A stretch of DNA of 63,463 nucleotides, filler included, from Stramenopiles sp. TOSAG23-2 (Eukaryota): assembly GCA_900128395.1 (NCBI GenBank). It is 16 parts of 16 records of this genome, joined end to end, with 100 filler letters (N's around TTAATTAATTAA, not from the genome) between each part and the next. Parts side by side here need not be neighbours in the genome. Positions count along the whole stretch, not along the records: positions 35,031 to 39,296 come from LT650943.1; positions 39,397 to 43,651 come from LT650944.1; positions 43,752 to 48,001 come from LT650945.1; positions 48,102 to 52,350 come from LT650946.1; 12 more parts are not named here. One strand, given 5' to 3'. The position numbers and the translations under genes were made by a program. Positions 36,193-48,329 of this stretch are shown here, in pieces (position 1 is the stretch's first letter; every line of letters starts with the position of its first letter). Under the pieces are notes generated by a model, which had not been told where the DNA came from, searched no databases, and was given only the letters and a program-made list of their open reading frames with translations.

Positions 36193-37539
36193 ATGTCAAC
36201 TACTCCTGCAAATACAGATAATCAAAGTGCCGATGACCCGGGCGTGATAAATGCACCTTCTAATAATACCGCGGAAGTGCAACAAGCTGAAGTGCAACAA
36301 GCTGAAATACGACAAGCGAAAAATAGTGAAGTTGAATCAAATAATGAAAGACCAATAGAAAATCAAGAAAATAGTAGTAGTGTAACTGACAGTAGTAGCG
36401 AAATAGCGATAAATAGTGACAGTATAAAGAACGATGAAGACAACAAAATAAGTTCTCGTTTAAGCCATGCAGAAAAAGTGCGGCAACATGCAGATAAAGC
36501 AAAAGCCCACGCAAAGAAAACATACAATTGCGTTGGAGAAATCTTAAAACGAAGGAGAGACCATGCGCAACAACTTGCGCTAGAACAGGCAGCAGCTGCT
36601 AAAAAACTTGTTTCGGAAACGTTAATCATGCGACCTGGAGAAAGTTTAAAAGATTCTGATGCTATAAAAATTGCAAAAAGAATTACAAAGGAAGATACCT
36701 TGCTTTTTGTTGATATTCACGGTAATAAAAAAATAACCGACAAAGGGCTTAAAGCAATAGCAGAAGGATTAAAAATAAATAGTACGTTAAAAGAATTGAT
36801 TTACTGGAACAACGTCGTAAGTCTTGAAGGCGCAAAATACTTTGCGGAATCATTGAAAGTAAATAAAGGATTGAAAGCATTAGATCTAGACCATTGTGGT
36901 ATCCCAGCAGAAGGAATTATAGTCATTGGGGAAGCTTTACTCGTGAATAGCACATTAGAATCATTGTCCCTTTCAAAAAATAGTGTAGGGCATGGATTTG
37001 TACAGTTTGCAAAGCATCTTGGGGAAAACAAAGGATTGAAGCGTTTAAATTTGAGAGCATGTGGAATCAATGATGTTGGTGCAGCATCGTTAGGAAAATG
37101 TATACGTAAAAACTCATCATTGGTGGAAATAAATATAAAGAACAATTTGATCACCGGTGTCGGTGCCCATTGTTTAATGGAAGCTGTAAAAGACAATAAT
37201 ACTTTAGCCCGTTTGAAAGTGTTCCGTAACAAGTTGACCAACAAAGAACGTGTTGAATTTGTTAAATGTATGATGAAATATTTACAACCACCACCACCAC
37301 CTCCAAGCACTGAGGGAAATTTAGCGGAACAACTAGCACAAAATATGTTAAAACATGGTACATTCGCAGTCAAAGGAGGTATGGCACTCGGATTGAAAGG
37401 CGCCAAAGCGTCATTAACAGCTGGTTTAAAAGGAGCTAAAATGGGTATGAAAGCTGGAAAAGCTGGGATGGCAATGGGTATAAATGCAGTGAAAAAAGGT
37501 TCAAGTGTAGTAAAAATTACACCAAAGAAGAAGAAGTAG
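36193..37539 (+). CDS. Ribonuclease-inhibitor-type leucine-rich repeat protein (NLRC3-like LRRs)
   Basis: 28-aa repeats such as IAEGLKINSTLKEL, FAESLKVNKGLKALDL, IGEALLVNSTLESLSLSKN. Confidence 0.85.
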   Translation: MSTTPANTDNQSADDPGVINAPSNNTAEVQQAEVQQAEIRQAKNSEVESNNERPIENQENSSSVTDSSSEIAINSDSIKNDEDNKISSRLSHAEKVRQHADKAKAHAKKTYNCVGEILKRRRDHAQQLALEQAAAAKKLVSETLIMRPGESLKDSDAIKIAKRITKEDTLLFVDIHGNKKITDKGLKAIAEGLKINSTLKELIYWNNVVSLEGAKYFAESLKVNKGLKALDLDHCGIPAEGIIVIGEALLVNSTLESLSLSKNSVGHGFVQFAKHLGENKGLKRLNLRACGINDVGAASLGKCIRKNSSLVEINIKNNLITGVGAHCLMEAVKDNNTLARLKVFRNKLTNKERVEFVKCMMKYLQPPPPPPSTEGNLAEQLAQNMLKHGTFAVKGGMALGLKGAKASLTAGLKGAKMGMKAGKAGMAMGINAVKKGSSVVKITPKKKK

Positions 37540-38053
37540 AAATAAATGTTATCATAGAAGTTTGCTCATTGTAACAAATGGAGTCTAAAAAACATAAATG
37601 TGAGAGGGAGCAAATGTATTTTTTCATGTTTTGATATTAAAAGAAATAATAAAAAAAGGATATCATATTTTGATAAAAGATAATATATATCATATGCATA
37701 CGTACAAACACACTTTTTTAGTGGGTATGTAGAAAGAAAGATAATAAGAGAAAAAAAAGAGAGAGATATGGCAAAAACGGCACACACAACACACACAAAA
37801 ATAAAAATTAAAAAAATGATGTGTTCAAAATCTAAGTTTATTTATATTTTATATAATATTATTAATAATTAAAATCTTTAAAAAAAGGATTTACTTCTAA
37901 CTAAATATTTTAATAAAAGTTCTCATGCGCCAGTCACAAAAAGCCAAATACTCTCTAGAAGCGCAAGTAGGTCTGAATCCAACTCGATGAAAGTGATGTG
38001 AACACTCCATAGGTTTTCCAAAACATTAACAATATTTTAACACCATAGTATTA

Positions 38054-39076
38054 TTATTTAAATCGTTTAAAAAACTTTTTCCGTCGTTTTTCTTTTGCTC
38101 TAATATTTTTAGGGTTATATTTAGTCTTTTTTTGATCAACTTTAAGTGTAATCGGTCGCCCCATGATCACTTTTCGATTCATTTCTTTCATAGCATTATA
38201 ACAATCATATGGATCTAGAAAACTAACAAAACCATATCCTTTGGACATGTTTGTTTTATGATTTATAATAACACGAGACATGGCAAAAGATTTATATTTA
38301 CTAAATGCATCATTTAAATGTTCTGCTTTGACTTGGACATCTAAATCACCAACAAATAGTCGAAAATCATTTTCTGGCCATTTTTTTACTTCAGGAATCG
38401 TCGTTGTTACTCCCCCACCACCATTATCACCGTTATTAGTAGCAATTACACCGGTAGTCGTTGAGGTTGTTGAAAAATTGGTTGCATTTACTTTTTTATC
38501 ATTTGGTAACTGATGATGTGATGGAATGGTTGGTCCAAAAACAGCTTGTACGTTTCCTTGTGGCAATACACTTGATATTGTTGGAGGAGTCAAAATCGAG
38601 GTTGATGATGAAGCATAACTACCAAGATTGGCATTTAACAATGGTGGACGCCCAATTAAATTTTGTTGTTCTTGTGCCTGTGTGTTAGCCATCCACGCCG
38701 GTATATTAACGTTTCCACCTCTTCCTCTACCACTTGCCATCCTGGGATGCGGATACAGTAATGGTGGTGGTTTATTGGTATAATGATTATGTAATTTTGC
38801 TTTTTTAAAGCTTGGTTGCTGCTGCTGTTGTTGTGAATGTATTTTTTGACCACCGTGAATCTGAAAACCTTTAATTTCATTATTCGTGTTGTTATTAACA
38901 ACATCATCATTCACATTTAATTTTCGTTTCTTCATATTATTATTTGGTTGGTTTACATTATTATTATTATTATTATTTTTCACATCATGATCAATCTTTG
39001 TTTGTTCCTCTGCATCAGGGGCTGTCAAATGATCTACCTCTTCTAAAAACGCTGAAAAATCATCATCCAAGGACAT
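38054..39076 (-). CDS. RBM42: RNA-binding protein 42-like (single C-terminal RRM)
   Basis: WPENDFRLFVGDL...L..AFSKY.SF...VI..K.T..SKGYGFVSF.DP.D...AMKEMN.K....RPI.L. Confidence 0.8.
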   Translation of the reverse strand: MSLDDDFSAFLEEVDHLTAPDAEEQTKIDHDVKNNNNNNNVNQPNNNMKKRKLNVNDDVVNNNTNNEIKGFQIHGGQKIHSQQQQQQPSFKKAKLHNHYTNKPPPLLYPHPRMASGRGRGGNVNIPAWMANTQAQEQQNLIGRPPLLNANLGSYASSSTSILTPPTISSVLPQGNVQAVFGPTIPSHHQLPNDKKVNATNFSTTSTTTGVIATNNGDNGGGGVTTTIPEVKKWPENDFRLFVGDLDVQVKAEHLNDAFSKYKSFAMSRVIINHKTNMSKGYGFVSFLDPYDCYNAMKEMNRKVIMGRPITLKVDQKKTKYNPKNIRAKEKRRKKFFKRFK

Positions 39077-39823
39077 GATGACGACGATGATCGTGGGTAG
39101 ACTTCGTCTTATTACTATACTTGTTATGGAATGAATATAACACGATTATTCCTGTATTTCTCTCGTCGTCACTGTTTATTGTATTTTCAATTATTATTAT
39201 TTTATATTTATTTAATAAATAATAATAATTGTTTTGAATTTATTCTTCTTTTCTTCTTCATTTCAGAACGAAAATCCATAAATATAATCGGTTTTANNNN
39301 NNNNNNNNNNNNNNNNNNNNNNNNNNNNNNNNNNNNNNNNTTAATTAATTAANNNNNNNNNNNNNNNNNNNNNNNNNNNNNNNNNNNNNNNNNNNNTTGT
39401 TGTTCACAACAGGATCTTTCACTTTGACAGCCTCACCGCTATCGAGTGAACCCGACGTCCAGCGCGTTCAACGATTGCGCACGGAAGGATAGAAACCTAC
39501 TTGTGCTTGTAGAGTATTAGTTTGCAGAGGTGCATTAGAGCTTTACTATAGTGTAGGATAGAGTAATATTCTTGCGATTGAGTATTTGAGCATTATTACT
39601 TAACACGAGAAAGTGTAAAATTTATTTACCTCGTATAACTTAGATTTTAACACACCATCATTTTTACTAAAACAAAAAAACTAAAATTTTAAATTAAACT
39701 ATTTTCAGAAATTTTATTATTTTTTTACTAATATGCACAATCATATCATTATCTCACATCTTTTCCCACATTTTAAATTTGAAAAACATTACACTATTTT
39801 AATCTCACACAGAAATTTTTTCT

Positions 39824-42800
39824 TCATATCTTCTTCACTGATCCTGGTGTTTTACCACTATTTGTCGAACCTAAACTATTTTTACCATATCCATCAAAAC
39901 TTGGGTTTGTATCTTCCCCAGAACATACATGCCACCATAATTTCGGCAATGATTCGCTAGCTTTTTCTAATGAATCGCATAATGTTTCTGGGCACCATCG
40001 ACAACATGATGGACCACCACCACAACATGGCAAATCTGGGTTGTCCGCTAAAAACGGCGACATGGTTGCCAAATCAGCAGGACTCTTTGGATCGATTATT
40101 TTTACTATACCATCAACTTTAATGGGTTGACAACATGGTACGTCAAATGTATCATCCTGTATTTTTATATCACCTGGGCAATCTGGTTGTTTTGGCATCT
40201 CACGTGTATCTCGATTGAGTACATAACCATATTTATAATCCGAACGAGATATAACTTGTCTTCTAACAGCATTATTTCTTCCGAAAGGACTCTTCTCTGT
40301 TTTTTCATCTTGTCCGTATAAATTGAAAGTTTCCGTATATAAATGATCTCTACAAATAGCACATTGAAAATTATTCAATGTGTTTTTTGGTTTCTCCAAA
40401 TGTAGCATAACGTCACGCTTGCAATTATACAACGTATCGCATGGTATTCTATCTTTTCCGTCTGGAAACTTTAATTTTAATTTTTTATTAATTTCTTCAA
40501 TACATACATTTTTCGTAAGACCTGAAGTATTTTCTGGGGGGCATTTATCAACTTTTGATGTCCATTTTTCTAATATTTCTAAAAAGTTTAATTCTTGTTT
40601 TTTTGCGTTACCATATTTTGAATTACTTCTGTTTTATTTAATAAATATATAAAAATAGTTGTGAAATGTTAGAAAAACATTCTAATAAAACTTTAAATAT
40701 GGAATAATTATATATATATATATATATGAATGATATCAATGTATGGAATATGTGTGTATCTATGCTTGTATGTACATATATATATATATATATGAATGAT
40801 ATCCATGTATGGAATATCTGTGTATCTATGCTTGTGTATACATATATATATATGCAACATATTCTATGTCCTGTTGTCTATGATTCATTTTGATCTATAT
40901 CGTATATATAATAAACTTACAAACTTACATCATGGTTTTTGTTCCTATTATTTTTCGTTGCTTCACCACCTCGAAGCTTGGAGTTTTTATTTTTATGACT
41001 ATTGCTTAAGCTATTGTGCCTACTATTTGTTCCTAATTTTGTATGACGCATTGCTGCATTGTATTCTATAAATGCGGTGCGAATATCTGCATTGCATAAA
41101 TCACCTTCTTCAAATGCAATATCGCGTAAATCATGCTTCTTTTGTGCTTTGGATAATTCATTTGTAATACTCAATGCTCTTTCTTTACATTTTGCGATTT
41201 CCTCTGCGTTTGCAATTGCCATAGCATCTTTTTTACTTTTTGGCAATTCTTCAAATAGTGTTCTATTAGCAGTGGCAATCAAGATATTTGAATCTACAAT
41301 TACTTTATTCATTTCAAATGTAGCACGTTTTGTTTCACTAGGGTCAAACCATAATCTTACACCAGGATCGCCTTTCAGCGCTTCAAAAGCTGTGCATGGT
41401 ATACGATTTTCCTTTCTTTCTTTCATTTTACTTAACTTTTCCACTTCTTTTGCTACGCAATCAGCGCCACTTTTTTTCTGTATCATTCGTTGCTCCAAAT
41501 ATCTCATTTTTTCTTGCAATTCTGTCAACATGGAAGTGGATTTGATAACAATTTCAGCAGGGAAACATACTTCATCAGGATCGTTACTTGTCATAATGGC
41601 TTTGGTCTCGCGTTTTCTATAAATGAAGCCACATTGTTCTAAGTATTCGATAGCAGCTAATGCAGCTTCGTTGGCAACGCGGGCATTGATTGTACGAGTT
41701 TTTGCAACTGCATCCCATGCTGTTAAACCACGATCATCCATTTCATCCCTCATCGATAATGTTGTTGCTTCTTGTGCCATGGTTACAATTAACATGGCTT
41801 TTTTCTTTGCGTTGCTATGTCGTTTTTTAATATTACCGAAATTCTTTTTGTTTTCAGCTTTACATAAACGTGCTTTTTCAACTTGTTCTTTACAATATAA
41901 ATCGTCTTTCACCGTTTCCAATTTTAATTGGCTATTTGCTTTACGACCATTTTTCTCGAATTCATTACAAGTTTTCTTTTGAGCTTTATATGCGTTGGTT
42001 ATATTCTCCGTAGAGTCCTCAACTTGACGTTGATGCAATAGTAACGCTGCTTCGTTTTCCTCTGACTTCGTTTCGTTATTATCTTCATCTAAATGTTGGT
42101 GAAGTTTTGATAATAATACTCCCATTTGGCCAACTTCTTGTTTCATAGCATCATGGTCCAAACCAAGAGTTGCCATACACGCGTCGTATTTTGCCCAAGC
42201 TTCTTTAGCTATTTTTTCGGCTTTTTTAGCTGGAACGGATGCAATACGAGTTGGGAAGCATGTAGGTGGTTCTCTTTCATCTTTGTCTACTTTCTTTCCT
42301 TCTCCGCCTGTAACTGCAACTACTACAACAGCAACTGGTGCCTCAGGTTGTACAATAGTATTTGCAATTCCTGAAGCACCACTTGGTGCTTCAGCACCAC
42401 TTGGTGATTCAGGTGGTGGCTCTTCAGGTCTTGTCACTGTACCAGTCTGAAATTGGCTTGTAACTGGATTGCCAGTATTTGAATTGCCACTACCAGTATT
42501 TGAATTGCCACTACCAGTATTTGGATTGCCACTACCAGAATTGACGTTACTATCAGAATTGGCATTACTATCAGAATTGGCATTACTATCAGAATTGACA
42601 TTACTAACAACGTTACCATTACTAACAACGTCTTGGCTGCCGTTGTTATTGCTGCTAGTGTTATTCTTATTGTTACTGCTATTATTATTATTATTATTAT
42701 TATTAGTATTAGTATTTGTAACAACATTTCCTTGGAAGTTGTTACTATTGTCGTTGTTTGAATTGTCGTCGTTATTGTTGTTGTCGTTGTTGCCACTGCC

Positions 42801-42998
42801 ACCCTTTTCTGTTGCAAGTTTCCAATGTGGTAACCCTGAACCTGCTTGACTTGTTGCAAAAGCATTTACACCAAATAAATCAGTTGCTGGTTCCATTGGT
42901 TTTAAAGCTATATCATCATATTGACTATTAACACCAATTGCAACACATAATACGTATAATAAAGTAACACTTGCTACTAAATGTAAACCTTTCATCAT
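39824..42998 (-). CDS. Secreted Cys-containing coiled-coil protein, about 960 aa, join(40921..42998, 39824..40628)
   Basis: Signal peptide, Asn/Ser-rich repeats and coiled coil; the intron 40629-40920 joins the two track ORFs in frame (2883 nt); exon 2 frame is open from 40627. Confidence 0.6.
40629..40920 (-). other. Probable GT-AG intron (292 bp) containing a tandem duplication of about 66 bp
   Basis: GTAAGT donor at 40920 (alternative at 40928), CTAAC branch point at about 40670, AAACAG acceptor. Confidence 0.65.
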
Positions 42999-43540
42999 AT
43001 TGTTCTACTACTAATTGTATATGTATATTATATGAAATGAAATGTCAATATTATATTAACTTTGTATCTATCTATATTTATATGTAAACGATATATCAAG
43101 ATATAGTGTATCACACGTATATATATATGTTCTATATTATTGTATGTATTATTATATTAAAAAAACGCTATGCTATTGTAGTACTCTCGAAATTTGGTTC
43201 GTTCCTGCTGGCCTGCCCTTCTTTTTTAAAAAATGAAGGAAAAACACTTCATTCCTCCTTTTTGGTTTCTTTCTTTTTACCATAGCTTTAGCATTAGAGC
43301 TATTGTTTGATGTGATTTTTGTATTTTGTTAGCAGGTAAATAACACGAAGTATCATCTCCTCCTCCTTTCCCCTTTCCTTTGTCGATAGGCTAAAAAAAC
43401 ATCACATGCTACTATTAAATACAATATCACCTCTTTTTTTAAAAGCACACAATGCAAGGTGCAAGCCAGCAAGGTGCACTATTAAATAATGGTAAACATG
43501 TGCTTATTATTATTTGCCACATATAATATGGCACTCTATA

Positions 43541-43640
43541 GCACTATACCACTATACCACTATACCACTATACCACTATACCAGATACCAGATACCACAG
43601 ACTACCACAGACTACTGGACTACTGGACTATACTACTACT
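43541..43640. repeat. Compound short tandem repeat (CACTATAC)n-(CAGATAC)2-(CACAGACTAC)2-(TGGACTAC)2
   Basis: Directly visible array near the contig end. Confidence 0.85.
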
Positions 43641-43753
43641 AAAACTATAAGNNNNNNNNNNNNNNNNNNNNNNNNNNNNNNNNNNNNNNNNNNNNTTAAT
43701 TAATTAANNNNNNNNNNNNNNNNNNNNNNNNNNNNNNNNNNNNNNNNNNNNCA

Positions 43754-44218
43754 AAATTAATCGAAGAAGCAAATAACAATGAGATTATTCATAATGGTGA
43801 AGGTACTAATAATACTCATCCTGCTGATGGCGAGGAGGATAATACTAGTAATATATCATCCTCCAGTGATGATGGTAGTGCAATTTTCCATGCATTTGAT
43901 GATGAGCCAGAAGAAGATGAAGACGATGCAGAAGAACAACATGAAATTGTTATAAGTAAATCATCACCAACATTAAATATTAATTTAATAAGACCTGTAC
44001 ATAATCATGTTTATTCCATTTCACCAACACATAAAACAAAATCACGTTTATATAAGGAGGATGATGGAAAGACAAAGAATAATAATAATAGTATGAACCA
44101 TCAAGATGATGATTATGATAATACGTCATCATTACAACAATTATTAAAATACCAAAATACGAAACGAATAAATAAAAATAATGATGATACGTTAACATTT
44201 AAACGAAGAGATCCGTAA
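43754..44218 (+). CDS. Low-complexity acidic C-terminus of an unknown protein, 5'-partial
   Basis: Open frame from the contig edge, KLIEEANNNEII...TFKRRDP*, 155 codons. Confidence 0.55.
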   Translation, partial: KLIEEANNNEIIHNGEGTNNTHPADGEEDNTSNISSSSDDGSAIFHAFDDEPEEDEDDAEEQHEIVISKSSPTLNINLIRPVHNHVYSISPTHKTKSRLYKEDDGKTKNNNNSMNHQDDDYDNTSSLQQLLKYQNTKRINKNNDDTLTFKRRDP

Positions 44219-44422
44219 AGATTAAAAAAATTGGTAGAGTAGAGAGTAGAGACTAAAAAAACTATTAGTAATAAAATAAAAATATGTTTGTTGATTCGAA
44301 TTTTATGATCTGAAATATTTTCCTGTTGCTTTTTGCTTTTTCATCCGCGTTAGTGCATCATTCTTCGGCCTCTATAAAAGGTGATGAAAAAATCGAATCT
44401 ATCACGTATCTATTGCAGTATT

Positions 44423-44820
44423 GCAGTTCTCAAAAATCTTGCCGAAAACCTTATATCGATTAACATCCAAATTCTTTCTCTTTTTTTTTATTCCAATCGT
44501 GTTTGTATATACTAATAAGTATACGCTACTATATGTATTTTGTATGATTTTATTTGTCATTTTACATTAAAAAATACAATAGTGTGCCATTATATTTTAT
44601 ATCTTTTTCAATTTTGAACATTTTATTAAATTTTGATGCAATAAAATATAATAGCACACTATTGTATTTTTTAATGTAAAAATGAACAAATAAAATCATA
44701 CAAAATACATATAGTAGCTTATACTTATTAGTATATACAAACACGATTGGAATAAAAAAAAAGAGAAAGAATTTGGATGTTAATCGATATAAGGTTTTCG
44801 GCAAGATTTTTGAGAACGGC
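44423..44820. mobile_element. Foldback-type element, 398 bp, about 175-bp inverted arms, 4-bp TSD TATT
   Basis: GC(A/C)GTTCTCAAAAATCTTGCCGAAAACCTTATATCGATTAACATCCAAATTC... is mirrored at the right end; TATT at 44419-44422 and 44821-44824. Confidence 0.9.
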
Positions 44821-45268
44821 TATTCTACTATCTACTCACACCTCACACCACAGAGAGTCCGAAACCGTTGCACCCACCACCAGTCATTTTTTTCCTGTTT
44901 TCGTGTGTGTTTTTGTATACTGTGTAGTGCTAATACACATGTTAATATTTACGCATGTAATATGTAATATGTAACGATATGTGATATGTGATATGTAAAT
45001 TATAAATAGATATAAAATATGTACATACATATATATAAAACATATTCATTCATATATTTGTACTAAAGATAGATAGAAAGAAAGAAAACATACAACAGTA
45101 GAAAACATTCTTGCTTATTGAAAATCATAAATATAATAAGAGTCGTCATTTGAATAACATATTTAAATATATTGAAACTATACCACATTTGGCCCAAGTT
45201 AAACAAATAAATAGTCTTAGAATTTGCACATTTTGCGATCATTCTATCACACATATTAGAATATAGTT

Positions 45269-45862
45269 TTGGAATTTGCACATTTTGCGATCGCAACATC
45301 TGATTCAAGTTGCGTACAATGTGGTCAAGGACAATTTCAACCTTTAAATCAATTTACTGGTACAAGTTGTACAAATTGGAAGCAATGTAGTAATAATGAA
45401 TACATTTCATTCAATGGTAATCGTACATCTGATCGTGTTTGTGTATTAAACCAAACAACTACAACAGCTGCACGAACAACTACGGCAGCTGCACCAACAA
45501 CGACAACAGCTGCACCACCACCAACAACAGCTGCACCAACAACTACAACAGCTGCATCGTTAGGTAGTACTACAACAAAAAGAGTAATAACAACATCGTC
45601 GCCAGTAGCGGTAACAATTACTACATCAGCTGCGCCAGTATCAGTAGGTAATACGACATCAGCTGCACCATCACCTCCTGCAGGGGCCACAACAGTTGCG
45701 GCAACAATTACAGCAACGACAACTACAAATTCGCCAAGAAAAAAAGATTCAAACACAGGCAATGGGAATGATGAAGAGGAGGAGTTATCAAATAGTATCG
45801 TAAATACTATGTCAACAATTTCAATGATCATCGTATTTATGATAGTAATTTATAATTTATAA
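45269..45862 (+). pseudogene. 5'-truncated (or last-exon) surface protein: TNFR/GCC-like Cys repeat, Thr/Ala mucin stalk, GPI/TM tail
   Basis: SDSSCVQCGQGQFQ...C.NWKQC..NEY....GNRTSDRVC; TTAAP repeats; hydrophobic C-terminus; no ATG or signal peptide upstream. Confidence 0.5.
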
Positions 45863-46010
45863 TTTATATAAAAAGGAAGAGAGAAGCCCACCAAAGCCAA
45901 AAAATTTACACCGTCTGCCATAATAATTAATATGATAGGCATTGCGCTATGCGTTTTTTTAAGAATGCAGCAATACCGTGAAAGGAAAAATGTTCCACCG
46001 CGGTAATATG

Positions 46011-46393
46011 CAAGGGTGGAGACAATAGATTTTTTGAGCGTCCCAGAGAGCCCTCGCTCAGGGGGTCTGGGGGATCAAGCGACTATGATCCCCAAGAAAA
46101 ATTTTTAAGACTTTAGAGTGAGGGTTTAAAGTTTTCCTTATAAAAAATTACACATTTCCTCTAATTTTTTGTATTGTTTACTGTAAAATAAGTACAAAAA
46201 TGTTACCCTATATATACTTTTAGCCGTACGCAGTACGAAAATTTTGTGCCCCATACACACTTTTAGAGCTAAAAAATCTATTAAAAAAAGGCTTATTTTG
46301 GGACTTTCAGATGAGCTAGTGTATCAAATACCAGGAGGTGCCAGGAATTTGGGCGTCCTAAAGGACGCTCAAACCCCTTCTCCTCCACCCTTG
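46011..46393. mobile_element. Non-autonomous hAT-like element, 383 bp, 8-bp TSD
   Basis: TIR CAAGGGTGGAG / CTCCACCCTTG; perfect TSD GTAATATG at 46003-46010 and 46394-46401; subterminal inverted motif TTTGAGCGTCC / GGACGCTCAAA. Confidence 0.85.
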
Positions 46394-47117
46394 GTAATAT
46401 GGCATGATTTTTTTTGTGAATTTATGAATATACAAGAGGCAAGAGGGGCATAAAATAGTATAATGTTATATTAGAATTATAATGACATTATTTTATTTTA
46501 CTTTTATACTTTGTATTTTGTAGCAGACTTTTTTGTTTTTTATTATCCGTAGTATTTGTCTTCAAGTCATCTTTACTGAAAAAATAAAATTACCAATCGC
46601 TTCATTAGTCCGGTGACACCTAATGTTCCATATTATTGACATAGTTGAAATTAAATTATAAAAATAACCGTAAAGTACAGAAACAATAAAATAACATTTA
46701 AGATATACACAGTGACTATTAATGTCTCTTATCTACCATATTAATGTCATAGTGATTTCCATCTGTCGAATATTCAGATTCCGAAACTTTTTATACCAAT
46801 TTATCTATTCCTTCAGCTTAATATATGGACACAGCATTGCGAAACGATAATATGTCACATTTTCTTTTGCAAAAAAAAACCCGGATACTTAAAAGATAAA
46901 ATTTTGATCAACCACCTGAAATCTATGAAATACCATCTACATGTATACCCTTCCGCAAATTCATGCCAACACCACCATTCATATTTTTCCTATTTTCGTG
47001 TTTTTGTATTTTTTTGTATATACCTGGTATGTCACTATACCAGTATCTGTGTAGTGACGCATGACGCATAGTATACGCATGTTATAATAGTAGCAACATG
47101 CATAAACGCATGCCTTA

Positions 47118-47394
47118 GGCAGAGTTTTAAAAGATGCTCGTGATGCCGATGGATTTTGCCTTAGAAAAATCAATAACATTTCAGAATTTTCATCATCTAA
47201 AAATAATTATCAAGTAAACATACTGATATTTGGCCACTAATTATATATTATCGGATATTATTATTCCTATTCCACTATAAATAGTCAGTTCGGTAACTTA
47301 AATCGATTAAACCCTACACGATAATCTCTTTTTTTTGTGATTTTAATGCTATGTCATGCTAAAATCCATCACCGGCATCTTTTAAAAATTTACC
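47118..47394. mobile_element. MITE-like element, copy 1 of a tandem pair
   Basis: Imperfect inverted ends GGCAGAGTTTTAAAAGATGC..GTGATG / CATCACCGGCATCTTTTAAAAATTTACC. Confidence 0.7.
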
Positions 47395-47418
47395 GGGCAT
47401 GCCCGCATGCCCGCCTTA

Positions 47419-47708
47419 GGCAGAGTTTTAAATGATGGCGGTGATGGCGATGGATTTTGCCTTAAAAAAATCAATAACATTTCAGAATTTTCATCATCTA
47501 AAAATAATCATCAAATAATTATATGAAGAGAATAAATAATTAAATAATACCGGATATTATTATTCCCATTCCACTCTAAATAGTCAGTTTGGTAACTTAA
47601 AACTTCTAAACCCTACAATATAACTCTAAAATTTGGGTTATAATGCTATGTCTATGCTATGTCAAATCCAAAACCATCGGCATCACCGGCATCATTTAAA
47701 AATTTGCC
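47419..47708. mobile_element. MITE-like element, copy 2 of a tandem pair
   Basis: GGCAGAGTTTTAAATGATGGCGGTGATGGCGATGG / CCATCGGCATCACCGGCATCATTTAAAAATTTGCC; interior homologous to copy 1. Confidence 0.75.
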
Positions 47709-47865
47709 GGGCCTGCCGGCCCAGCCGGGCCGCCGGGCCTGCATGGAGTGCCGCTTTGCTTCAGCAATTTATAGATCTACACTAGACGACTACCAGACTA
47801 CCAGGTAGAGCTACTAGTCGTCTACGAACTACGAGCGTACGCAGTGCTACCCTCTAAACCGTGAG

Positions 47866-47971
47866 AAAACTGTGCACTTAACACTATTCACTATGGGGGA
47901 AATATTCATCATTTTTTCTATATTTTCGGATATTTGCTATTTTTTCCAAATATATGAAAAATAAAATTGGC
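47866..47971 (+). repeat. Dispersed repeat of about 105 bp, copy 1
   Basis: AAAACTGT(G/A)CACTTAACACTATTCACTATGGG.GAAATATTCATCA.TTTTTCTATATTTTCGGATATTT, near-identical to 50309-50414 on another contig. Confidence 0.85.
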
Positions 47972-48296
47972 ATTTTAGAAAACGATATTTACATATTTCC
48001 ANNNNNNNNNNNNNNNNNNNNNNNNNNNNNNNNNNNNNNNNNNNNTTAATTAATTAANNNNNNNNNNNNNNNNNNNNNNNNNNNNNNNNNNNNNNNNNNN
48101 NTATAAACATAGTACAATAATAAATGTTATAATAGTTTGTTTATTCATGTTTTTTTTATTCAAATAATTTATAATTATATATAATTATATATAATTATTT
48201 ACAAAAAGAAAAATGTTTATATATATACGATACTACTAATTGATGCTATTATTACGTTCTTTCCTTGATGTACACACACTCACACGCGCGCATGCA

Positions 48297-48329
<33 letters not shown>

